A DNA stretch of 64,000 nucleotides. It comes from Cyanophora paradoxa CCMP329. Taxonomy: Eukaryota > Plantae > Glaucophyta. Position 1 is the first letter of the stretch. Each line of letters opens with the position of its first letter. Positions 12,922-22,029 of this stretch are shown here, piece by piece. The notes below the pieces were generated by a model. The model saw only the letters and a program-made list of their open reading frames with translations. It did not search any database and was not told the origin of the DNA. A program made the translations under genes and the position numbers. Where the stretch lies: contig QPMI01000519.1 of assembly GCA_004431415.1 (NCBI GenBank), positions 186,001 through 250,000 on the forward strand, read 5' to 3'.

Positions 12922-14633
12922 GCACGTGCACTAGCTGCACTAGGGTCTGGCCGGCTTGGGCAGCCGCCAGAACAGCCCTGCTCGTAACCGCGATTCAATT
13001 TTTCGCGGAGCCTGGGCCTCCCCTGCGAGAGCCCCATGTGTCGCTGTAATAAGCGGCCAATATACCTGCCTCTGAGCAGGCTGTATATTTGTACACTTGT
13101 ACATAATTTCAGACGTCGGGGACGACGTCTTCCGAGAGGAGGAGTGAGCATGGGCATGCTGCACGAGCAGTGCAAGCGCTGCCGCTAGCCCTCCTGCCCG
13201 AGGCTTGCTTGGATCTGTGGCCGCCGGCCAAGATCAAATAGCACTCGCGAAAGAGATCTAGAGCCCCAATCGAGTGCTGTCGAGCAGCCCGAGCGGCCAC
13301 GGGTGCCCCTCTTTCCGAGAGGAGGAGTACCTCTTTCGCTGAAGCCTGCAAAGAGGCCCGCGGCCGGTGCCGCAATTGCGAGCCCTCCTGCTTGCCTCAA
13401 TCTAGATCTGTGGCCAGCGGCCGAGATCAGATCGCAAACCCCAAGCGGGTACCAGTCTTTCCGAGAGGAGGAGTCCCTCCAAGACTCTCTCGTCGAAAGC
13501 CTGCGATTTCGCGCGGCGCACTGCAGTCGCTGAGTGCGTCCACGGGCCTTGCGAAGTCCAGGAAAGTGGCCTCAGGCCTTGCGGCCAGAGCTGGCCCTTG
13601 CTGTAGCTGGCCCTCGCGGCAGCTAATGCTCTGATCGTGAGCTCCTCGGCCTGAGAGCGGCCTAGCTGCTGTTGCAAAATGAGATGTAATCCGCGGAGCC
13701 TTGAGCTCGGGATGCACTCTCAAGAGAAGCTCGATGCCTGAGGCAAGACGCCCGGCCGGCAAGCGCCTGACGGCGTGCCGTGAGCTTGACAGGCGGCCCG
13801 TGAGCCCGGCCCCTGCAAAAAACTGTGAGCCTCCGAGCTCCAGATCCAATGAAGGGCGAGCTTGAGCACACAGTGCCCTCGGGAGCTCAAGCCCTGAAAT
13901 AAAGCCCTGGCTCGCCCCTTGGCGTTCAGGCACCAGCAGCTCCATCGAGAGCTTTGCATTATCTTGAACTTGAAGTCCTGGTGACGCCCGCCAAGTTGGC
14001 GCCCAGGCCGCACGTGTCGGTTCCGGGGCCCGGACCGAACGTTAGCGGGGCAAGGGCCTGGTGCCCAGCCCAAACTTGAAAGACCTGGTGAACTGCCCGA
14101 CAAGTTGGCATCCAGGCGGCACGCTGCGGCTGCAGGCCGAGCGGTGCGGCGGGCCGCGAGCCCTGCTCACAAGCTAGGAGCTTGGAGACCCGGTGGCCGG
14201 CCTGTTGAGGCGGCGCCAGAAGGACACCCATGAGTTCCGTCTCGCATGTGGCCGGCCTGGCCCCAAGGCGGTTAAGGCGGCGGGTGGTCCAGGCCGGAAG
14301 CCACGGCCACAGTGCCAACGGCTCCGGCGGGAGCGGCTTGATCATGAGATCTAGAAAGCCGGCTCTGAGCTGCGTCCCGACCCCGCGAGAGGGCGAGGAC
14401 AGGAGAGCGGCTGCGCTAGCCCTTGAGCAGCGCTTTGTGAAGAGCCGCCCGTGAAGGGTTGGGCTGAGACGGGCCCCAGAGCCCCGCGAAACATCGCGAA
14501 AGTCCCGGGCAGAAAGGGTGAGCCCGGGCGGCCGTTAGCCTTGAGCACAGCTCGGCGCGGTGACAGGGCGGGAGACCCTTGCAAAGACCTAGCCGAGCCC
14601 TAGGACGCGCCCTGCGTCTGCAGAAGGGTCGGT

Positions 14634-14926
14634 AGGCGGCTGTGACGCCGGGTCCTGCCCCGGGTACAGCGACAGGAGAGGAAAATGCCTCCTTATGGAA
14701 GTCCTGGCGTGGTACCAGGGCGCACCTTGCGCTGGCGGAGGTACACGCAGGCGGTCGTGACGCCGGATTCCGCTCCGGGTACGACGACAGGGGATGACCA
14801 ATTCCCCCTCCGTGTAAGACCTGGCGTGGTACCAGGGCGCGCCTTGCGCCGGTGGGGGTACACGCAGGCGGTCGTGGCGCCGGATCCCACTCCGGGCACG
14901 ACGACTGGGGACGCACAATTCCCCCA
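14634..14926. repeat. ~117-bp tandem repeat (about 2.5 copies) inside the LTR element
   Basis: CCTGGCGTGGTACCAGGGCGC starts at 14703 and 14820, with a diverged partial copy from ~14634. Confidence 0.85.
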
Positions 14927-15594
14927 TTCAGGGCTCTGCACCGGGGACGCTCGGTGGCAGTTCGCCTGGGAGGGTCACGTCCCCCTCGTGATGGACGTGC
15001 ATGCACGGGTCGGGCAGGGCACCTGCCGTCACGCGTGACGGTGGTTTGAGCCTTGTGGGCGGCGCCTAGCCTCGCCCTGGAGATTCCTAGCTCCACCGCC
15101 GTCGGGGGAACCCGATCCGACGCCGTGATAAATGCAGTGAAGGCGCGGCGTGTGCCTGAGCAGCGGCGCTAGACGTGCTGCTTAGCCCTAAACATTGGGA
15201 CGGGCATTTCGCTGTGGGCTATCGAGCGCTGTCGCGACGCTACGCCCCGCGTTGCTGTTGCAGCGTGCACCTTTGCGGCTAACGTGCTGCGCGATGAGGG
15301 CAGGGCCCCCCTCGGCTTCTGTCTCCGTACCGCTCGCCTCGTGCGGGTTTCCTGGGCCGCCGGCCCGAAGTTGGACCTCGCCCCCTGGGCACTACATGCT
15401 GGAGTCGTGCTGGCACCTGCCGGGCGACAGTCTTTTCGATTCCCGGCAGTCGCCGGACATGTACATAGCCGGGCTCGGCGTCTTTTTTATTCCCGGCAGT
15501 TGCCGGGCACGGACAGACTCTGAGTCTTTTTCGATTCCCGGCAGTATACGTAGCCGGTCGATTTGTATTTATTTAGACCCGCGCGGACGCGGGA

Positions 15595-15609
15595 TCCGAG
15601 AGGAGGAGT
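15595..15609 (+). promoter_or_regulatory. polypurine tract (PPT)
   Basis: TCCGAGAGGAGGAGT immediately upstream of the 3' LTR. Confidence 0.85.
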
Positions 15610-15889
15610 TGTCGCATCCGACATTATCGGATGCTCATTTATATTTGTGAGCCGCTAGGGCTCTAGATTATGTCAGCCTTCGAGCTGCTGGACCGACGGC
15701 GCCTAGGCTAGTTAGAGCGCCGCGGTCACTTGTATTCGTGTCGGGGTACGCCGTATCTGGACGGGTACACCCAGAGTCGAGGTTTGGTGACTAACTACAG
15801 CGACACTCGCCATTCCCTGCCCTGCCGAGCTTGCACTCCGCACGGGCGTCCCGCGCGCACGATTAGACACACTAATCTCGCACGCGACA
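15610..15889 (+). repeat. 3' LTR
   Basis: Identical by eye to 10624-10903; followed by TSD GTGCC. Confidence 0.95.
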
Positions 15890-16004
15890 GTGCCGGCCAT
15901 GGGTCGCTCAATATGGGAGGTTCGCCTGAGTGGGGGAGCCATGGTTTTCGGTGATAGCCGTAACCAGACCCACGCGCCCACCCCTTGATCAACTCCTCCA
16001 TCCC

Positions 16005-19000
16005 TCATGAGCCCTGGAAGTGAAATGTCTCGCAGTCCGCCGCCCTCCCTTGCCGCCGCTCCGCCACGCCTCCTCCTCCCCACTCCGCCTCCTCCCTCCT
16101 CCTCACCTGCGCCCCAGGACCCCGATTAATCGGTGTCCCGTTTTGTCGAGGTGAAGAAGGTGGTAGGAGGAAGATATGAGGAAGGAGAGGGAGTGGGCGG
16201 AGGCAGCAGCTTGGGCGGGCAGCGGATGCGGGCAAGGCAGGGAGAGGTGCCGGGACGGCAGAGTGGAGAGAGCGTGGGCACTGACAGGCGACGCAGAGAG
16301 CTGGGAGTGCGGAGACGAGGCGGGCCGCGAGGGGTCGGGAGGGGTCGACCGGGTTAGAGGGGGGGCCGAGGCCAGGGGGTGGCCGAAGCCATGGGGTTGG
16401 CCGAAGCCAGGGGGTGGCCGAAGCCGATGGGGTGGCCGAAGCCAAAGGGGGGGCCGAGGCCATTGGGGGGGCCGAAGCCATAGGGGTGGCCGGAGCCAGC
16501 GGGGGGTCTGACACTTGAGGGCCGGTTGGGGCCGGGGGGGAGACCGTAGGGGGCCGAGGGGCAGCGTCTTGCGAGGTCCCGAGCGGGGGGGTCAGCTGAA
16601 GCGAGGGGGGGGAGGGGGAGTTGGCTGCTTGCAGCGTCGTAAGTGGTTTGTACACTCCGGGTGCAAGGAGGGACGTGATTGTGGGTTGCCCCGTGGGTAT
16701 CGGCACCGTTCGCGCTTTTTTGGTCATGCGCCTGGGAGTCTTGCGGCCGGTTGCCTTTCTTTTCGCCGTAGGTACGGGCGGGGCGGGTGTAGAGGCGGGA
16801 GGGGGAGGGGTCGCGGGGCGCGGGCATTTGGATGCCGGGGCGGAGGGGGTATCGGCTGTCCGTTTGCGTGAGGCAGGCGACGGGCGTGTTCGTTTTGGGG
16901 GAGGGGCCAGGGGGGGCCCCGGGGCGGGGCGTTTGGAAGGTTGGGTAGTGTTCGTAGGACCCGCGGGCGAAGCGGGCAGGATGCCAGTGTCGGAGTTCTC
17001 GTGTGACTGTCGTGCTGGGGGTACCGGTACCGCAGGTGGGGAGGCAGGGCAGGAGGTGATCTCAGGGCGGGCGGGGCATTTTCCCCGTCTGGCGTCGGAG
17101 TGGGCCTGGAGGGCAGATGCAGAGGCGAACCGAGTGCCGCAGGTGCAGGAGAAGTCAGACGTCCCGGCGGCGGGTCCTGCATCGGGCAGCTGGGGGGAGG
17201 GGGGGCCTGGGGTGAGGGGGCGACGGGGAGTCGTGCAATTGCTTGGCGGAAGTTTTCCAAGAGAATCCATGGTTGGCCTTCCGAGCCCAATTCGCAGCAG
17301 AAGTCGGTGATGGAGATGGTATCATGGAGGGAGGGGGCGGGGGGAGGGCGGGGGGGAGGGGGGGGACTGGGCGGCTGCACTAGAGGCGAGCGGGAGGGTT
17401 TGGAGTCTGCATGTTTGCGGTACCGACGTTTGGTTCTGTCATTGATGCCGTGTCGGAGCTCCCAGGCGTGGTTGCGGGCGCAGCGGTCTCTCCAGATCGC
17501 ACGGAGGTGTTGGTCGAGGAGCAGCGCTAGGTCTTTTTGGATTGACGATGAGGTGGTCTTGTTGATGCCCAGAGCTGTGCAGAGGGCAGGCAGTCCTGCC
17601 GGGGTACCGAGGCGCAGGAGAGCGAGGGCGGGGAAGGGAAGCATGTCGGCCAGGGCCGGGCTGAGTTTTTTCCATAGTGTATCGGCGAGGCCGGGGGGGC
17701 GGAAGAGAGCCGGATTTGCGGTGGGGAGAGAAGGGCGGAATGGAGGGGAGAGGCGGGGTCAGGAGAAACGAGGCGGAGGAAGGGGAAGAGTTGAAAGATG
17801 GTATCGTCGTGTCCTAGTGGTTTGGGCGAGTGGCGGAGAACCCGGGTACGGAGGAAGGTCACGAGTGCGTCCTGGAAAGCTTGGAGAAGGAGGCGAGCGG
17901 CGGGGCAAGTAAATATGTGGACGAAGTCTTCGGGGGGGTGGGTTGTGGGGTCGGGCGGTCTGGGGTCTGCGGCCACCGGTGGGGAAAAGGGCGAGGGGGA
18001 GCCCGGGGGGGTGCATGTGGCAGGGGGCGGGGAGGGGGGGGGTGGGAAGCAGCATCTTCGGGATGGGGCAGGGGTGGGAGGGAGGTGACAGAAGGGGCAG
18101 TGGGCGGTGCCGTCGGGGAAGAGAGGGCCGTAGAGGTCGGGGTCGTGGAGGAGGCGGATGGTGAGGGAGGGAAGGCTTCCAAGCATGCATTGGAATCTGA
18201 CTTTGCGGAGGTGGTCGCCTGTGGGGGTGCGGCGGTCCGGTGGCTTGTCGGACACTAGGGAGAGGGCTGGAGCGAGGGTAACATGGGGGTTGCTGAGGAT
18301 GGCCCCCGCGTTGCGAAGTTGGCGCCAGTCAAGGTATTGGGAGAGGGAGGCTTCGGCTAGGAAGTGAGGGCGGGGGTCCCCCTCGACGCGGTACGCATGG
18401 AGTCTGCCTCGGTAGGGCTCGGCCCCGGGGACTGGGCCGTGGGATAGTGGGGGCGGGAGGCCAACACGGATGAGGAAGCATTTGAAACTGTGGGGAATGA
18501 AGAGAAGGGCGGAGAGGGGGGCGTCGGGGGCTGTTTTAGCAAGCTTGTCAACGGCGTCATTGTGGCGGTTGTCAGGGGTGTAGGCTGGGTTCGGGATACG
18601 ATTCTTAGCCGGGGTGCGGGCCGCCTCTTTCTGTGCGGCTGTTTTGGATGTTTTGGCGGACCGTGGTTGCGGCAGGGTGGCTTCACGGTGAGCGGCTTCA
18701 GTTAGGATGGACGCCGCTTCGAGTGGGGTAACGTGGGACGGCCGGAAGAGACGGCGCGCTGTGGCGGAGGCTTCGTTGCGAGCCAGGTCGGCGAGCTGAG
18801 AGGCGAGTTCTTGGGCGTAGCGGCGCCGGGAGGGAGGGGGGTGGCGGGCCCTTCGGGGCGGGGCGGGGGAGACTCAAGCACAGTTGGGGAGCGCGGGAGG
18901 GCTGGATGGTTGGGAGAGGATGGTGGGGAGTCGAGGTAGGGAGGGTGCCGCCGGTGGAGACTGGGGGCGGCGCGGCGGATGGGTACGCCCGGGGAAGGTC

Positions 19001-21227
19001 GGCGGGGGCCGGAGGGCCGGGAGGGTTGGGCTGCAGCATAGGGGGTCAAGGGTGACGGACCCGTAGCAGAGGCTGAGGGCAATATATTCACGGTATCTGC
19101 GGAGCGCTGCAGCGTCGGCCTGAATGTAGGCTGGGGGGCGGGGCAGGTCCGACGGGGTAAGTGCTGAGGAGCGACTGAGTAGGTCAGCTGTGAGGAGGAG
19201 GAGTGGACCGCAGGCCGTGCTGTTTGGGGGCTGGAGAACGGAGAGGGATGTCTCCGGGCGTAGATAGGTCCATCTGCAGAAGGGAGTGGGGGGGAGGGGA
19301 GATCCAGAGTCGCGCTGACTCCAAGTGGACGCCAAGTCTTGTGCAAAGGAGACAAGGTGATCAGGGACGTCGAGGGAGCCATTGTAGAAGTAGAATGAGC
19401 GCGTCTGTGGAAATAGAGCAAGTAGGTGCCAGTGTCCCGGAGGTCTGCTGGAGGAAGGGGTCAGCGAGGGGGCTGGTGGGGTCTGTTGAATTGGGCAATA
19501 GGTGAGGATGGGGACGAGAACGAGGCGGGCATCGAGGAGTCGTCCGTGGGGGAGGTATCGGTGTAGGGGGAGGAGGGCAGAACCCCGAGAGTCGAAGTGG
19601 GAGGCTGCGCTAGCAGGGTAGGAGCTGGACGATAGGAAGTGAGCAGGGTGGGGCGAGGCCAGGGCGGCTTCACGGGAAGAGAGCAGGTCGAAAAAGGCTT
19701 CCACGAGGGGGAGGCTGAGGGGGGCATTCGGACGGAGGTGTATAAGGTCGCCTCGTCGAATGAGTGAGTAACAGTGAGGGTCGGCTCGGGGGGCGGGTGG
19801 GAGGGGGGGCTTCGATGCGAGGGTTTGCTCCGCGCAATAATCATTGTCTGCGAAGCGGAAGGCATTCCCCAGCCAGCTTTTCTCCGCCAGCGTCAGCGGG
19901 CGAGGGAGGGGGAATTCAGTCGGGTGGACGGGGGTTCGGCCTGGGGAGGCATGCGCAGCTGGGTGGGCCGCGGGCGCCGGAGGGCGTGGGATTGAGGAGT
20001 GGGCGTGGGAGGGGGTGGAGGGATGTGGGGAGGGGGGAGGGGAGTTGGGGGACCGGGGGGGTGTAAGGGGCGAGGGGGAAGGGGGGGGACGGAAGGGAGG
20101 GGGGGTGGGGTCTCGTTTGCGTCGGACCCGGCGGCGGGCTTTTGCTGCCGTGTGCTGGGAGGGGCGGGAGCTGGTGCGTGGGGTCGTGCGCTGCCGTTTT
20201 GTTGTGAAAGCCGGGCCGTTGGCCTGGATTGTCCCCAGGAGGACCTCAGGGTCCCGGAGGAGGAGAGCGGCCGCCCAGCGTTCCCGGTAGATGGGGGCGT
20301 GGAAGGGGATGGGGCGGCCCCGTCCTTTGCCGTACAGGTGGACTTCCTCGCCGCGGCCAATGAACTCAGCGGCGGTCATGACGAAGAGAGCGTCTTCACC
20401 CGTGTGGACGTGTTTCCAAGCTTGCGTGGGGAAGGTGCTGGTGTCGTATTTCCAGGCCGAGCGTGGAGAGGGGTCGCCAGGGCGGAGGGTCGCCGTCCAC
20501 CATTTGAGGACCCAGTCTTTAAGAAGGACCGTGACGTCGGAGGCGGGTTTGCGGGTGACGTCCAGGATGCGGATTTCGCGGAGGCGGGCTGAGATGATTG
20601 CTAGTCGCCAGGGTCGGGACCCAGAGGGTGGTAGGGGAAGGAGAATATAGTCGTACTCCGTTGGGGAGAAGGGGTGCGGGACGTAGGATCGGTCCGTTAG
20701 CGGCCGGCCTGCGCGGGTCTTGAGCGAGAGGGTGGAGGGGGCTGTGCCCATGAGGATTGAGGTTGCGTGGGAGGACGAAAGAAAGAGGCACTTGGGGGTG
20801 GTGGGGGCGTGCAGCCGGAAGGAGACTTGCCGGTTCTGAAGAAGTCTGAAGAAAGCGTCAATGGGTTCTGCAGGTATGGGTTGTTCGAGGAGAAGGGGTG
20901 TGGCCAGGTGGGCCCCAGACCGGGGGTTGGGGTCGATGAGGGAGAGAGGAGCCGCTCTAAGGGCGGCCAGGCGAGATTTTATGCCATCAAGGAGGGGAAG
21001 TACTCGGCGGTCATACCGGGGGCCGTCAGGATCGATGGCAGCCGAGTAGGGAATGGCTCGGCGGCCATATCGTTCGAACAGTATGGGGAGGGCGCCGGTT
21101 TGGTCGCGGAGTGGGAAAGTGGGTGGGGGGCCGGGCGGGGCGGGGGTGGGGTGGCAGTGCGGGCAGGATAGGGCAGGTCCCCGTGCCCATTGTTCTGCGA
21201 TCAGGGAGGAAATGGGGAGTCCCCACA
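16005..21227 (-). pseudogene. C-terminal portion of LINE ORF2: Ulp1-like (dead) - Ulp1-like (intact) - RNase-H-like C-terminal helix - zf-RVT - zinc-finger-like/basic Pro-rich tail
   Basis: ORF 18874-21264 and ORF 17527-18255 share a frame and are separated only by TGA 18874-18876. Apparent frameshifts at G-runs near 17695 and ~17195 link them to ORFs 16724-17644 and 16005-17270 (FSCTCGTRFASASALQAH). The true stop is uncertain. Confidence 0.72.
16363..16506. repeat. ~18-bp minisatellite (about 8 units of GGCCGAAGCCAxxGGGGT) in the LINE 3' region
   Basis: Visible tandem GGCCGAAGCC units; translate as ASATPM/ASAPPL on the minus strand. Confidence 0.85.
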
Positions 21228-21247
21228 TGTGCTGCAAGGGTACAGAT
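21228..21247. repeat. right target-site duplication of the LINE (20 bp)
   Basis: TGTGCTGCAAGGGTACAGAT, identical to 10488-10507. Confidence 0.9.
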
Positions 21248-22029
21248 ATCGATGCGGGGCCCAATCGGCCGTCTTCACGTCGACGTTGATCGATCGTCGA
21301 TCGCGATTCACACGAACAGAGTTTTTTGGTGATTCAATCATTGATGTTGTGATCGGCCAAACGTTGGCCAAACGATTGCCAACAATTCTTTCAATTGCGA
21401 GCGCCTAATTGATCTGCCAACTACTGCTAACCAATTACTGACAATGACAGGCGCACCAGCTCTGTTTATGAGTCTGTGAGAATTTGCATTGGCGAAGGGG
21501 AGCCAATGACATTTGCGCTTGTCCGTGAATGGGGCGATTGAGCTTTTTGGCCAATGGCGTTCGGGCTTAACGCGAACAATTTCGTTCGTACGTGCTGTTA
21601 GTGCTTGTTAGAGGTGTCACATTTGAAAAGTAGCGCCGCCATCGTGCGCATGCTCCCTAGGGTCGAAAATGGGTACCTAGGTCCAAAAATTTTGTCTATA
21701 AAATCAAGTTGAAGTTTGACACAAGGTAGGCACAGACCTAAGGGCCTCTCCTTTCCCCAAGGCCGATTATGGCGAGATCGATATCGCGCCGCCCCTCCCT
21801 TCTCTTATCACTCGATCGCAAGCTGCACATGCACGTGCACGTGCACAGGCGAGCCGCGACTCCCGCGCAGCCGGCCGCGGCCTCTCGAGCTCCCCCGGCC
21901 CCGCCCTCCGACTCCGAGGCTCCACGTGACGAGAGATCGGTGCTGCAACTAAGGGAGAGCGATGGCGAACAACTACGAATTTTACATCTATGGTTTTTGG
22001 CCGAAGCACACGTGCGCGCGCGATCGAGC

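Larger units (their letters stand above)
10624..15889 (+). mobile_element. non-autonomous gag-only LTR retrotransposon (TR-GAG-like), 5266 bp
   Basis: Two 280-bp LTRs with TG...CA ends and a TGTCGC/GCGACA terminal inverted repeat. 5-bp TSD GTGCC at 10619-10623 and 15890-15894. PBS follows the 5' LTR and a PPT precedes the 3' LTR. The gag has a CCHC knuckle. No PR/RT/RH/IN motifs found. Confidence 0.93.
10508..21227 (-). mobile_element. 5'-truncated non-LTR retrotransposon (LINE, L1-group/Proto1-like) interrupted by a nested LTR element
   Basis: T10 at 10507-10516 is the poly(A) tail on the minus strand. The 20-bp direct repeat TGTGCTGCAAGGGTACAGAT flanks it at 10488-10507 and 21228-21247. 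The intronless Pro-rich ORF carries zf-RVT (LGSLPSL...CPFC...EDFVHIFTC), the IWRDRCARNHAWE motif and an RNase-H-like NDAVDKLAK. No RT is present in the window. Confidence 0.88.

Noticed and set aside
12919-12990. Selenocysteine readthrough of the gag TGA, suggested by the tRNA-Sec-like PBS
   Set aside because: The frame closes again after ~20 codons with no pol-like sequence, and no SECIS could be identified by eye.
12922-15600. pol (protease/RT/RNase H/integrase) or a DIRS tyrosine recombinase
   Set aside because: No D(S/T)G, YxDD, HHCC/DDE or RHRY-type motifs were seen in any supplied frame. TG..CA direct LTRs with a 5-bp TSD argue against DIRS.
13130-16510. CRISPR-like arrays (PPT repeats, 117-bp repeats, 15430-15558 repeats, 18-bp repeats)
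   Set aside because: The context is a eukaryotic retroelement, the units are degenerate or irregularly spaced, and no cas genes are present.
21228-21264. Start of the 796-aa ORF (MGPASISVPLQH) as a genuine N-terminus
   Set aside because: These codons lie in the TSD and host flank. The element is 5'-truncated at ~21227.
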